A DNA stretch of 64,000 nucleotides from Chrysomallon squamiferum (lineage: Eukaryota; Animalia; Mollusca), in the NCBI GenBank assembly GCA_012295275.1, contig CM022676.1, positions 11,904,001 to 11,968,000 of the forward strand, read 5' to 3'. The translations under genes were made by a program, and so were the position numbers. How positions within the stretch are numbered: position 1 is the first letter of the stretch; the number at the start of each line of letters is the position of its first letter. The notes below the pieces were generated by a model that was not told the DNA's origin, made no database searches, and was given only the letters and a program-made list of their open reading frames with translations. Shown one piece after another: positions 13,720 through 27,929 of this stretch.

Positions 13720-14096
13720 GAAAAGAAGCAGTTTATTTGAACGCTACGTCTGCATTTGTCAAGCCCACGATTACGGTTACCTTCACGTGTATAGTAAAGG
13801 CAAACACACGTTCGTTCGATATCATCGTATTCTACCGGAAAGCCAGGGGATCGAGTCAGTATTCTCCCACTTTCTTCCTGGTGCAGCGCACTTACGTGTG
13901 TCAACCTCGAAATGTCCTTGGGTACACTGTTATCTGCGGGGTGGGTACAAAAAACCCACGTGCACAGTGGAGAAAGTACCATGTCGTGTTCAAACTGACG
14001 TGGAGCAACCTCAGTCCTATTAATGGGACAAAGTGGAGATGCGGTACAGTGTTCAGTAAGAAAAAAAGTAATATTATAAACGTGAAAGCGAGATGA
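13720..14096 (+). CDS. Gene B exon 2: single 4-Cys Ig-like domain, basic, no TM segment
   Basis: ccttgcag|GA AAA GAA...TGA. Encodes VTFTC..FYRK..VQRTYVC..CGVGT..KYHVVF..WRCG..SNIINV. AATAAA ~14110. Confidence 0.8.
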
Positions 14097-14327
14097 ATAT
14101 CTTATCCCAAATAAAGATCTACCGTCTCACATTTATTCATGTAATGTTTCAGTAACATGTTTTAGGATGACGCCATCATTACCTCAGTTCAAGTTACACC
14201 GTGTAGCATATATATATATATATATATATAAATGATTTCATATATTACTTTTCATTATTATATGTATCGATACATAGATACATATATAAACAGACAGATT
14301 AGATAGATAGATAGATAGATAGAGAGA

Positions 14328-14389
<62 letters not shown>

Positions 14390-14423
14390 TAGGTAGATAG
14401 GCAGGGAGGTAGCAGAGATATAT

Positions 14424-14812
14424 TTCAACTTGTCATTAATACATCTGTTACTGCTTATTCAACTTGTCATTAATACATCTGTTACTGCTTATTCAACTTG
14501 TCATTAATACATCTGTTACTGCTTATTCAACTCATCCATTAATACATCTATTACTGCTTATTCAACTTGTCATTAATACATCTGTTACTGCTTATTCAAC
14601 TTGTCATTAATACATCTGTTACTGCTTATTCAACTTGTCATTAATACATCTGTACTGCTTATTCAACTTGTCATTAATACATCTGTACTGCTTATTCAAC
14701 TTGTCATTAATACATCTGTACTGCTTATTCAACTCATCATTAATACATCTGTTACTGCTTATTCAACTCATCCATTAATACATCTGTTACTGCTTATTCA
14801 ACTCATCCATTA
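14424..14812. repeat. ~34-bp minisatellite
   Basis: ttcaacttgtcattaatacatctgttactgctta, ~11 copies. Confidence 0.9.
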
Positions 14813-15319
14813 ATCTGCTGATCACTCAATAACTGCTTTTAGAACACTGCAAGTATTAAAATTACACCAGCATTATTAGTAATACTAGTACATCAGTATT
14901 ATTACCGTTACTAATTATACCACGACTACTACCTTTACTACTAGTAATACTGTATCACATCGCTAGTGTATATGTATTTATGTATGTGTGTAAGTATCAG
15001 TATTCTTGTCTTATTCACCTCTGATCAGACACTTCACATAATTACAAAATTAAAAAGATGAAGAAAAACAAAATACCTAATTTTTAGAAAGTTGACAGAT
15101 CGGGACACTGTCTGTTATTTCAATCACTCTTCTTTCTCTGCACTGTTTCTTCAGTGTCTGCTTTCTCTTTATTGTCTCTTCAGTGTCTGCTGTCTTGATT
15201 GTTTTTCCTTGTTTTCATTTCACTCGCTGTTGCTGTCTGTTTCTTTACTGATTTCTGTTTCCTTCTTGTTTCATCACTCAACTTTCTCTTGCGTCTTTCG
15301 CTTCCTCATTGTCCATGTT

Positions 15320-16410
15320 TCTTAATGTCAACTGGTTCTTCACTGTCTGTTGTTTTTAATGTCTATTGGTTCTTCACTGTCTGTTGTTTTTAATGTCTAC
15401 TGGTTCTTCACTGTCTATTGTTTTTAATGTCTACTGGTTCTTCACTGTCTGTTGTTTCTTAATGTCTACTGGTTCTTCACTGTCTGTTGTTTTTAATGTC
15501 TATTGGTTCTTCACTGTCTATTGTTTTTAATGTCTTCTGGTTCTTCACTGTCTGTTGTTTTTAATGTCTTCTGGTTCTTCACTGTCTGTTGTTTTTAATG
15601 TCTACTGGTTCTTCACTGTCTGTTGTTTTTAATGTCTGCTGGTTCTTCACTGTCTGTTGTTTTTAATGTCTATTGGTTCTTCACTGTCTATTGTTTTTAA
15701 TGTCTACTGATTCTTCACTGTCTGTTGTTTTTAATTTCTACTGGTTCTTCACTGTCTGTTGTTTTTAATGTCTACTGGTTCTTCACTGTCTGTTGTTTTT
15801 AATGTCTATTGGTTCTTCACTGTCTATTGTTTTTAATGTCTTCTGGTTCTTCACTGTCTGTTGTTTTTAATGTCTTCTGGTTCTTCACTGTCTGTTGTTT
15901 TTAATGTCTACTGGTTCTTCACTGTCTGTTGTTTTTAATGTCTACTGGTTCTTCACTGTCTGTTGTTTTTAATGTCTATTGGTTCTTCACTGTCTGTTGT
16001 TTTTAATGTCTACTGGTTCTTCACTGTCTGTTGTTTTTAATGTCTACTGGTTCTTCACTGTCTGTTGTTTTTAATGTCTACTGGTTCTTCACTGTCTATT
16101 GTTTTTAATGTCTTCTGGTTCTTCACTGTCTGTTGTTTTTAATGTCTTCTGGTTCTTCACTGTCTATTGTTTCTTAATGTCTTCTTGTTCTTCAATGTCT
16201 ATTGTTTTTAATGTCTACTGGTTCTTCACTGTCTATTGTTTTTAGTGTCTACTGGTTCTTCACTGTCTATTGTTTTTAATGTCTATTGGTTCTTCACTGT
16301 CTATTGTTTTTAATATCTATTGGTCCTTGACTGTCTATTGTTTTTAATGTCTATTGGTTCTTCAGTGTCTATTATTTTAATGTCTACTGGTCCTTGACTG
16401 TCTATTGTTT
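15320..16410. repeat. 34-bp minisatellite
   Basis: aatgtctactggttcttcactgtctgttgttttt, ~31 copies. Confidence 0.9.
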
Positions 16411-17904
16411 TTTGTGACTTTCTCATTGCTGTATCTATTCTTATTTTGTTTGGGACGAGTTTGGTTGGTGCCATCAGAAATATAAAGAAGATGATGTACT
16501 TTTATACATGCCAGTAATGCATTTCTGAAATAATGATATCTTTGCCAACAGCAGCTCATAATGAGTATTTTTAGTCTTTTTTTATTCTAACAGAGTGTTG
16601 TGTTATTTAATGCTACGGAAAATTTTAGTGGTGAATTGTTATTATAGACTGATTATAAAATTAGTATTCCAGATGAAGTTTCCCTTATCCCAAAAATTAG
16701 CTTCGAAAATTTCTCCACACATTACACAATTGTCAGGTAGAAAATGACATAAAGCTACTGGATATAAAGATCTGTCACATCATTTTATTATCTACACACA
16801 TGGACCTAACCAGAAAACCAAATGGTTTCTTGAATATTGTCTATGTTCTGAGTCTGATTAAATTTACATAAAACAGAGAATATTGAATCCAAAACACACA
16901 CAGACACACACGAATACACACACAAACACACATACACATGAAAACAGTCAGTTATTAATAAAATATGATTTTTCCATCTTGATTTGCTCTGTTGACGCTA
17001 TTTTGCTATGTCACGTTTCTGTTTATGACTGGGTGCGAGGGCGTGCATGTGTGAGTAGATGTGTTCATCTGACAGACGTTTATTAGTATATTTTTGGTAA
17101 TAATTTAAATAAAGTTTTATTACCCTAGCGTTTCAGCTATTTTAGGATGAAAATAAACAAGTATGACTGACACGTGACAGGTGAACAATATAAGTAAACA
17201 GACAAAAACAAAACAAAAACAAATCACAACAAAACAACAACAAAAACAAATCACAACAAAACAACAACAGAAAAAAAAGAAGAAAAAAAAAGAAAGAATA
17301 AAAGTAAAAACAAAAAGAAAATTAATAACAATGATGATGATAATAAAACAATAATAATGATAATAATAATAGCAAAAGCTCGGAATTAATATTACGTCCT
17401 TATTTATTATAATTTTTTTTATGTTTCTATATTAAATAAAACAGAAACAAAGAAACAAGAAAAATAAATAAAAAACCGCCAAAAATCAAATAAAATAAAT
17501 TAAATTAAATAAAATAAACACAAGAAAATATAAAAATAAAATAAAACAGTAAATGAAAAAATATAAAAAATAAAAATTAGACTTCTGAAATTTCTGAACC
17601 TTTGAATGGTATCGTGTTATGGCTCTTCTGTCTTTTGAATTTACTGCACTTAATGAAGACAGTAAAAAAAAAAAAGAAAGAACGTTTAAGAAAATATAGA
17701 GCAAAGTTTTATAATAACAGACACACAATTAGATCAACTGAGATAGGCTGACAGAAAAATAGAGACACACAGACAAATGGCGAGACAAAAAGATGGTGTT
17801 GTACACAGCGTATTTCAAATAAAAAAGGAGGAAACTAAATGACAGGTTTTACTTTTATTCAAGACTGTGACGTGTAACATGCAGTCACAGGACGTCGTCG
17901 TTGT

Positions 17905-18257
17905 CTACGTGATGACAATGGTGTTGCTCATGAAACCCGTGTGGAGACCACACTGCCACTGACTCGGGCCAATTTTCGAGCGGTTCATGAGCAGGTAGTA
18001 TTTCCGTTCTTTCGGATCGCTTTCCAGCGTGCCTTCCCCGCACTTCATTTTAGTGTAGGATCTGTTTTCCAGTGGGTAACACTCGCCGTCTCCCTGCAGG
18101 AAACTCACGTAAGGTTCGAGAACTCCGTGATGGTTGTCCTCCACTTCTTTGTAGAAACTGATGAGCGGGGAGAACATCTTCTCCCTCGGCAGCGAGCACA
18201 TCAGTTCAAGAGTCGGCTGTCGTGAGATAGCGAGCAGTTTTACTGGAGTGTTAGAAT
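17905..18257 (-). CDS. Gene C1 exon 3: Ig-like domain 2 (terminal)
   Basis: gttttcag|AT TCT AAC...TAG. Encodes LELMCSLPREKMFSPLISFYKE..VSFLQGDGEC..CGEGT..KYYLLM..WQCG..SNTIVIT. AATAAA on the minus strand ~17854-17859. Confidence 0.82.
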
Positions 18258-18775
18258 CTGAAAACACAAACACATGGAGTGTTAGAATCTGAAAATAAAA
18301 CAAACACATGGCGTGTTAGAATCTGAAAACACAAACACATGGAGTGTTAGAATCTGAAAACACAAACACATTGAGTGTTAGAATCTGAAAACACAAACAC
18401 ATGGAGTGTTAGAATCTGAAAACACAAAAACATGGAGTGTTAGAATCTGAAAACACAAACACATTGAGTGTTAGAATCTGAAAACAAAACAAACACATGG
18501 AGTGTTAGAATCTGAAAACACAAACACATGGAGTGTTAGAATCTGAAAACACAAAAACATGGAGTGTTAGAATTTGAAAACACAAAAACATGGAGTGTTA
18601 GAATCTGAAAACACAAAAACATGGAGTGTTAGAATTTGAAAACACAAAAACATGGAGTGTTAGAATTTGAAAACACAAAAACATGGAGTGTTAGAATTTG
18701 AAAACACAAAAACATGGAGTGTTAGAATCTGAAAACACAAAATCATGGAGTGTTAGAATCTGAAAACACAAACAC
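18245..18775 (-). repeat. 31-bp minisatellite made of the C1 exon-3 splice acceptor plus first 13 exon nt
   Basis: Minus-strand unit atgtgtttgtgttttcag|ATTCTAACACTCC, 17 copies including the real one. Four copies have CAA instead of CAG. Confidence 0.92.
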
Positions 18776-18986
18776 ACTAAATATTCTGGCAAACTTCCCC
18801 TGTCATGAAAGCTTTAAATGGTAATCACAAAAGAACATCGCATTTGAAAATGATTTGATGGTACGAATTTGTACCCGAGATTAACTAAACTGGTCATGAA
18901 TCGATCAGAGATGTGACGGATGATAACAAAAGTGATATATGTGTATATATATATATATTTATCTATCTATCTATATACAAACTCAC

Positions 18987-19370
18987 ACGACGTTTTCAGA
19001 GTAAGAGGAAGAACGTTGCTGGTTTGGTCGTGTGCCTCACACTTCCAGGTCGTTTCGAAGGGCAGCGCGTTCAAATCCCCGGGTCTGACGAGTTTGTAGC
19101 CGTACACCCTCCACACTGGCTCGTCCATGTTCGTCCCCGCCCCACAGGTCACCGAATCCGCGCCCGGGGGCCACAGCTGAGTGACCTTGCAGGTTCCGTT
19201 TCGAGTCTGGTGCATCACGGCTCGTCTCCAGAACCTGCCGTGCGCGTCCGTGGCGGAGACGGTGACGAGGTAGTCGTCGTAACGAAACGCGTGCGTCACG
19301 CAGGCGAACGAGAAGTCTTTGTTTCGGATGGCCACGCTGTTGCTGTAGTGAAGCTTTACGTCGGCGTCAC
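18987..19370 (-). CDS. Gene C1 exon 2: Ig-like domain 1
   Basis: gtcttcag|GT GAC...TCG T|gtgagt, 384 nt, phase 1-1. Encodes FSFAC..HQTRNGTC..WP..CGAGT..VYGYKL..WKCEA..SNVL. Confidence 0.85.
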
Positions 19371-19689
19371 CTGAAGACACGAAAAAAATGTGTTTGTTAG
19401 TCAGGTTAATCTTACACGCACGAGTGAAATAACTGAGAACAACTGAAAATGTTAGAAATTGACTCAAATCAGTGGGTTTTTTTTATTATACATAATGTGT
19501 GGAAAGGTGGGTGCGTGCTGCGTGTGTGTGTACGTGCGTGCGTGCGTGCGTGTCAATAAAACATGTTAACTAAGTTCTAGACTCAATGTAAAGAACACAC
19601 ACGAAATAACAGACATCCAGTGATTTTTTGTAAATATATTGATAAAAAAAGAACAGTTTCGTTGAATATCTCTGATGATGATGATGATG

Positions 19690-19976
<287 letters not shown>

Positions 19977-20312
19977 CATAATAATATTTAAGTAGAGAGA
20001 GGTAAACGTAGAAGGGTATTTAGACACAAATACAGATTTAATAAAGTACCCAGTTTCTTCTTCTTCTAATTATTTTATTACTGCAGCTATTAGAGTCGTC
20101 AACACTCTGAAAACAAAACTAGCTTCCTGAGTGAAAAAACTACTACTACTATACAACTACCACAACACCAGCTGCTACAATTATTACAAGAACACTAAGA
20201 ATTACTACTACTACTACTACGACTACTGCTGTTGCTGCTGCTGCTACTACTGCTACTAATTTTACTATTACTACTACTATTTATCACTGACTGTGTAAAC
20301 ACGTTAACTTAC

Positions 20313-20370
20313 TGTTTGTGTCAGAAAGATAGGCGATAATGACTAAAAGAACGAGCTTTAAGACTTCCAT
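20313..20370 (-). CDS. Gene C1 exon 1: signal peptide MEVLKLVLLVIIAYLSDTN
   Basis: ttgtag|ATG...AAC A|gtaagt. 58 nt, phase 1, hydrophobic core. Confidence 0.78.
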
Positions 20371-20494
20371 CTACAAACAAACAAACAAATAAATAAATAC
20401 AATAATAAAAAAATAATAAAAAGTAAAAACCACTACTTCCTAATAAAAAAAAATTGGTGCAAAAACGCAAATAAGAAAGTAATTATTAAGTTCT

Positions 20495-20533
<39 letters not shown>

Positions 20534-21047
20534 TCTACGTTTTCTGGAAAATTTATGTGAGTAGAGGATCAGGTTTGAGTAGATTTTGAGTAAATATGTG
20601 AGTAATGGTTTACAAATTAAATACATTTTTATGACTACACTATTTTTATTTTTCAAGAATTTTTTTGTTCTTCTACATTTTTTCTTTTCAACATCATCAT
20701 CGTCATCATCATCATCACCATCATTATTATTATTATTATTGTTGTTGTTGTCATTGTTGTCGATGTTGTAGTTGTTTTTGCAATGTATATACGTGCGTGT
20801 GTGTACAGATAGATAGATTATGTAGATTAGATATATTAGATAGACAGACAGATAGATAAAAGATTTCTGAAAATGTTTATCTTTCATTTTACCTTTCGTC
20901 TCATTCTGCTCTTGTCAGTTCTCCCCTGTCTCTGTATATTGTAAAATTAAATACACAAATACAGTACAAGATGTGTTATACAGTTTGACGTATATGTTGC
21001 ATAATTTTTTAGTTCAAATAAATATATACAAAAAATAAATAAACAAA

Positions 21048-21105
<58 letters not shown>

Positions 21106-23208
21106 CACAGAAAACAATGGATACAAAATAAGAATATATAAAACAAAAAATTACATGAAAACATATTTAAAACACAGCTAACAAAAATGTCAGTTGAATA
21201 CTAAGAAAAAGGAGTTGTTGTTTCTGTGGTTGTTTTGTAGCCAGTTCTCTAATCCAACAATTACATGTAGAAATAAATATGTGTTGACTTTCACGACTAT
21301 TTCTTTTTACTTGCTCTTGAAATTTTTCGTCTGCAAATCACTGAAAGTTTTCAATCTTTGCATTTTTGTGGTTGCAAATGTCTACTCGACTTAGCTTATC
21401 TTTTTTTTAAGCGATTTATTCACAATTCCAGATTACCTGCTTCACCAACTTATGAAACATGTACAAGAATTTTAGAACTTTTCCTCTTGGTCATAGCTCC
21501 AGTTACCAGATTCACAAGTGCTTGGATCACTTTATTTGTTTCATTATCATCTAACCTTGCTTCAAATCCATCCTTTGCTACTTGTGTGAGTGCCTCGTAC
21601 ATCGGAAATTAAAGCTAAATGCAAAAGTTACATCCTACCTCCATCTTGTGAAAGTTAAACAGATAGCGCCATCTATTGACTACGGATTAAATGGGGAGCA
21701 ATAATGTTTTTTCAAGATTTCCTCTGTATTGCTTGGACGCGGTGTTTATTGTGACATTCTCATTTCTGTATCCAGCTTTGTTCTTTTTTGGGATGAGCTT
21801 GGTTGGGGCGATCAAAAAAAAAAAAAAATAATAATTAGTAAAAGTTTAATAATAAACAGTTACGCCAAAAACAGCTCTTAATGAATATTTTGTGTCTTAT
21901 TTATTCTAACAGAGTGTTGTGTTCTTTAATGCTGTGGAAAATTTTAATGGTGAATTGTTATTATAGGCTGATTCTAAAATTAGTATTCCAAATGAAATTT
22001 CCCCTATTCCAAAAATTAGCTACGAAAATTTCTCCACACAATACACAACTGTCAGGTAGAAAATGACATAAAGCTACTGGATACAAAACTCTGTCACATC
22101 ATTTTATTATCTACACACATGGAAGTAACCAGAAAACCAAATGCTTCCTCGAATATCGTTCATAGTGTAATCAGACTTACATAAGACAAAGAATATTCAA
22201 TCGACAACACACACACAGTCACACACACATACACACACGAACACACACGAACACACACGAACATGCACATACACATACAAACACACACGAACACACACAA
22301 ACACACACGAACATACACATACAAACACACACGAACACACACAAACACACACGAACATACACATGAAATTATTCAGGTATTAATTTTGAATTGTATGTGT
22401 TTTATCTATGTCACGTTTCTGTTTATGACTAGGTTTGAGTTAATGTGTTCATCTGACAGACGTTTATTAGTATATTTTTAGTAATAATTTAAATAAAGTT
22501 TTATTACCCTAAAGTTTCTGCTATTTTAGGATGAAAACGAAAAAAACAAAAAAATCATGATTGACACGTATCAGGTGGGACAATATATGTAAACAGAAAA
22601 ACAACAACAAAAGCAGCAACAACAACAACAACACAAAATAATAACAATAAAAGCAAAAACTCAGTTTCTATACTAAATCATTATACATTTATTTATTTGT
22701 TTGTTTGTTTGTGTAATACTTTTACTGAAGTCGATAAAAGAAAAAAAAAACTTTTTACAAAACCAAATATATACAATAATAGGCAGACAGACAAATGAAT
22801 AAATGGACAAACACGCACACACGCATACACACACAAACAGAAATATAGGTATATAGACTGATTGTATCAGGTACATATATGTAAAAAATAAATGGAAAGA
22901 CTGAAAAATATATAGATAAACACAGAGATACATGGCTAGAGAAACAAGCAGACACAGCGATACACTGATAGACGGACACACAGACAGACAGACAGATAGA
23001 AAGATAGATACGTGATAGGTAGAGAGATAGACAGATAGATAGATAGATAGATAGATGGATAGATAGATAGATGGATGGATGGTAAGTGTATGTAAAAAAA
23101 GGAGAAAACAAAATGACTGGTTTTGCTTTTATTTAACACTCTATAGTGGACGTGTTACATGCAATCTACAGGATGTCTACGTTACACTTGTTACAATCTA
23201 CAGGACGT

Positions 23209-23576
23209 CTACATTACACTTGTTAGGAAAACCTTGTTACTCATTTCGCCCGTGTCAGTTCCACATCGCCAGGTAGTATCGCCACTTTTCTCGCGGCTGA
23301 TGACCAGATGGTATTTTCTTACTCTCGGGTTACTTTCACGTGTGCCTTCCCCGCAAGTCATTTCAAACTCTGGTTTCTTGTCCAGTCCTTGGCATTCTTT
23401 GTCTCCCTGGATGAAGCTGGCAAAATGCTGGGGAAATGTAGACGAACCTTCGACATTTCTGTAGAAACTGATAAGACTGGACAACATGTTATCTTTCGTT
23501 ACTGAACACGACAGTTCGACAGGCGAGTTTGGTACGAGGATACTGTCTGAGGCAGCCAATATTGTCCGAGTCCCAT
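23209..23576 (-). CDS. Gene C2 exon 3: Ig-like domain 2 (terminal)
   Basis: gtttcag|AT GGG ACT...stop. Encodes VELSCSV..ISFYRN..SFIQGDKEC..CGEGT..KYHLVI..WRCG..SNKV. Confidence 0.85.
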
Positions 23577-23661
23577 CTGAAACGATCAAAGATTACATAG
23601 AACTTCATTTCTCACGAAACCTTTAAACAGTGATCCTTAAAAGACTGGCGAGTATGTATAC

Positions 23662-24606
23662 AATGTGCAAAGATTCTTCCCCCCTGGATATTTTCTCCCA
23701 ATCAGTTCCCCCTGTCATTACCCCGCTGTTGATTGCCCCCTTAGATCATTTCCCCCTCGTGACAATTCCCCCTGCCTACCATGCCAAGGATAACTGATCT
23801 CTTGTACTGGATATATAACCACAACTGTATATAATATAAACTGTTTATTTAGAAAAATTTCATATTGCAAGTAGATTCATAATTTTTTTGGTCGACACAT
23901 TTTACATCTGGAGATTGTGAGCAACACCACGGAGGACGTCCAGGCGACCTCTGTTGCCGTAGTCTGTGATCACAGTCTGAAGCCGCTGGGTGAAGACGTC
24001 TCTGTAGACGTGACGTTGTGGATGGTGGGGCTTCACCGGCCAGTATCTGGTTCACTGTCGTTGTGGTGCATTCATTGTCTCTACAACCTTGCGTTTCATA
24101 GAAGCCGTAACTGTTAAACTTCAGCTCCACCCATATCACGAGACTGTTGACTGGTATTGGCAGCGATTGGTCTCGTGTCCGGATTGCTCCATTTAAAACT
24201 CTAACTTTGCATTGTCCACTGTTATGTTTGCTCTTTTTGCGTAATTCACACTTATAAGACACTACACCATTTGCAAGATAGTATCTGCTTAATGTAGAGA
24301 CAGCCATCAAGAATCAACGTTTTTACTTCGAGTAACCGCCTGCAGAGAAGCGCTAACCAGCAGACTGACAGCAGTCACTGAAGCTGAGCAGTTAACAGAG
24401 CTGATGTGTTTTTTTATTCAGTTTAAATTAGAGATTAAAGAGAACAATACTCAGGTCTGTAAGTCTGGATATTTGACAGTTAAAACAGGGGGGAATTGTC
24501 ACGGGGGGTAATGACCTAGGACGGAAATCACCAGGGGCAAAATGACCGAGGGGGTAATTGACTGGGGGGGGAAATATCCGAAGGGGGGTGCAAATTCCCT
24601 GACACC
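23662..24606 (-). mobile_element. Decayed Mutator-like (FLYWCH-type) DNA transposon in C2 intron 2
   Basis: Imperfect ~100-bp inverted termini: C-rich 23672-23774 (...gacaattccccctg) and G-rich 24486-24606 (caggggggaattgtc...gacacc). Internal broken ORF YYLANGVVSYKCELRK..QCKVRV resembles a FLYWCH-like zinc finger. No clean TSD. Confidence 0.6.
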
Positions 24607-24731
24607 TATCTAAAACGACTGACAGTACGACTTCACGTCCGACTTAACCCGGTTTAACTGAACAAATCACGAATCGATCAAAACCACGATGTACGATACT
24701 TAACACGTGTGACACGTGCGTCAAAACTCAC

Positions 24732-25112
24732 AGGATTCCGCCAGAGCGAGGCGAAGGATTCTGCTGTGCTGCATGTGCGCCTGACACTTCCACAGCGTGT
24801 CGTCCGGGAACGACGTCATGCTTCCGACTCTGACGATCCTGTAGTGGTACAGCTTCCACAGCGACAGCCTGTCGTTCGTGCCCAGGCCGCAGCTGATGGA
24901 GTTGCGCGGAGGCCACTGCTCGCTGAGGTAGCAGACGCCGTCTCGCGTCTGGTGGAAGATCGCTCGCTTGTAAAACCTGCCGTCCCTGCCCCGCGCGAAC
25001 ACCGTCACCAGATACGAGGCTGCCAGGAAACCTCGCGTTGCGCACGTGAACGTGAAGCTCTGGTTTCGGATGGCGACGTCGTTGCTGTAGGTAAACACGA
25101 CGTATCCGTGAC
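24732..25112 (-). CDS. Gene C2 exon 2: Ig-like domain 1
   Basis: cctgcag|GT CAC...TCC T|gtgagt, 381 nt. Encodes FTFTC..HQTRDGVC..WPP..CGLGT..LYHYRI..WKCQA..SRIL. Confidence 0.85.
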
Positions 25113-25617
25113 CTGCAGGCACGAGACACGCTCTGATTAATCAGAGTGTTGCACACACAGCTGAAATCACTGATAGCGTATGTTGAACATGTTTGAAATG
25201 AACTCATATGAGTCTGTGATGAAAATGAAGTAACAGTTTGAACATATCTGAGTGTGAACTGTGTGTATCACAATGTGTCATTGCTTTCGTTGTTGTTTTT
25301 GTTGTTGTTACTGCTGTGAATTGCTCTTATAGTTAATTTACTTTTACTCTTGTTATTATTCTTATTCTTGTTGTTATTATTAGTATTATTACTGGTAGTA
25401 GCAGTTGTAGTAGCAGTAGCAGTACTAGTAGTAACAGAAGTAATAATCGTTATTGTTCTTGTCTTAGCAGTTGTAGCTTATTTTGTAAACATAGCTTGTT
25501 ACAGTTTTTCTTATCATTGTCATTACTGTTGTCGTTACTGTTGATTTTTGTTGTAATTTTTATTATCGACGTTGTTATTCTTTTCGTTGTTGCTGTGATT
25601 AAAAATAACGAACTCAC

Positions 25618-25675
25618 ATATCACGTGATCCACTGATGAAACCAAAAAGAGTAAAATCACAGAAAACATCTGCAT
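25618..25675 (-). CDS. Gene C2 exon 1: signal peptide MQMFSVILLFLVSSVDHVI
   Basis: aacag|ATG...ATA T|gtgagt. 58 nt, homologous to the C3/C4 leaders. Confidence 0.8.
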
Positions 25676-26715
25676 CTGTTAAGTTAAAGTTCTAATTAGA
25701 CAGTAATTATACATCGAGTAGACAGGAGTGTAGACAGTAATTATACACTGAGTAGACAGGAATGTAGACCGTAATTAGACAGGAATGTATACATTAATTA
25801 GACAGGAATGTATACATTAATTAGACAGGAATGTATACATTATACACCGAGTAGAGAGGCGTGTAGACAGTAATTATACACTGAGTAGACATCAGTGTAG
25901 ACAGTAACTGTACACTGAGTAGACCGATAACACTGAGTATCACAGTGAGTAGAGAATTATCACATTGTTAGTAGTGTATTGTTACACAGTGAGTAGATTA
26001 TTACTATTATTATCATCATTATTATTATTATTATTATTACTATTACACTGTGAGTAGATAATTATCATATTGTTTATTTCATAGTGAGTAGAAAATTACC
26101 ACTGTAAGTAAATAATTGGAAAGTGTTTTGTACATATCGATAATGAAGGATAACTTTTTCAGTACAAACTGATTTCGTAAGATCATATCTTTCTAAAACT
26201 TGAAAATGCCAAAGATTCAAATATTTGACATAATCATGTTGCTTATTTTTTACCAGATTCATCTCATCTTGATTGAACGATTCCCCAGTAGTTTGAACTG
26301 CAATAAAATGTGTTGTACACAGCGACTGGAGAATAAGATGTACACAGAAATAATTGAATAAAGGTAATTATTGACCAAATAAATAATAATAAAATGGAAA
26401 ATTAATGAAATACCGCACTCTTTCTTCAAATGTGTGGCTGTGGCTTTTTTTCTCGAAACAATGGATGCTAGATATGCACATGTATGGATTATCTATTAGT
26501 CTGTGTTTCTGTATTTAGTTGTTTGCATGTGGGTGTGTTTATATATAAATAAATATATACAGATGGACAGATGGTGGTGCTACTAGAAATTCAGTAGCTA
26601 TATTTATTCATTTTGAGAAAGTTCATATTTTGGTATTTTTATTTATCATTATTATTATTATAGTTATTATTATTGATGTCCTTGCTTTTCTTATTATTGA
26701 AATAAATAAAAAGAA

Positions 26716-26747
<32 letters not shown>

Positions 26748-27509
26748 CAAACAAAAAACAAAAGCCAGTCAAAAATAATACATTTAGTTAAACATCTGTC
26801 AAACTCGACTGTGCATGTACGAATATTGTGTGAAATATGTTTACATATTGCATTGCTGTTTTTCTTTCTGTTTACCATCTACAACACACCGTCCACTCAT
26901 TCTGTGATATTTATCGAATTCACTAATTACATGCATCCTATACACAAATACTATACACACATACTATACACACATACTATACACACATACTATACACACA
27001 TACTATACACACATACTATACACACATACAATAAACACATACTATACACACGTACTATAAACACATACTATACACACACACTACACACGAACTTTCTTTA
27101 CGTCATTGCCTGCTATATCACATTTATTCAATACAAAATAAACACTCTCAAGATATATATTTTTTATAGTGAGTATCTGGTTACAAGGACTCTGTACTCA
27201 GTATATAATCAATGTCTACTCACTTTGTAATCGCAGTGTAGACTCACTCGTATGTAACAGTATTAAATATAAATAAAACATGATATTGCACACATATAAC
27301 ACACAGCAGTCAATATAAATAAGACATGTTATTATAAAGACTGACATGTATCTCACAGTGTTAAATAAAAATCTAACGATTTCCTTGTGCTTTTATGATA
27401 CTACTACTTCTAGTGTTGCTGCTATTTCTAGTACTACTACTAGTAATAATGTTAAACAATAATAACCAGAGCAATAATAATATCAATGATAAAGATGATA
27501 ATGACGATG

Positions 27510-27564
<55 letters not shown>

Positions 27565-27849
27565 TGATGATAATAATAATAATAATAATAATAATTGAAA
27601 CAAAACAAGAATAACAAAAACAACAAATAATCATACCAGTAACAGAAACATAAAAAAAAACAATACTATAAAAAAGTAGCAACAAGAAAGACACAGTTAT
27701 AACAGTACGAAGTCTGAATTAACATGAAGCATTTTCAGTAGACACTTTCAAACATGTTTTGTTTATGCTTTCAGTTACACAATTTAAAAAAAAAAACAAG
27801 TAATTTCCTTTTCGTTTCATATCTGTCTATCTATCTATCTATCTATCTG

Positions 27850-27929
<80 letters not shown>

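Noticed and set aside
18913-19374. Antisense ORFs over Ig exons (also 24709-25140 and 32643-33461)
   Set aside because: Shadows of GC-rich sense exons. The opposite strand has splice sites and the conserved Cys pattern.
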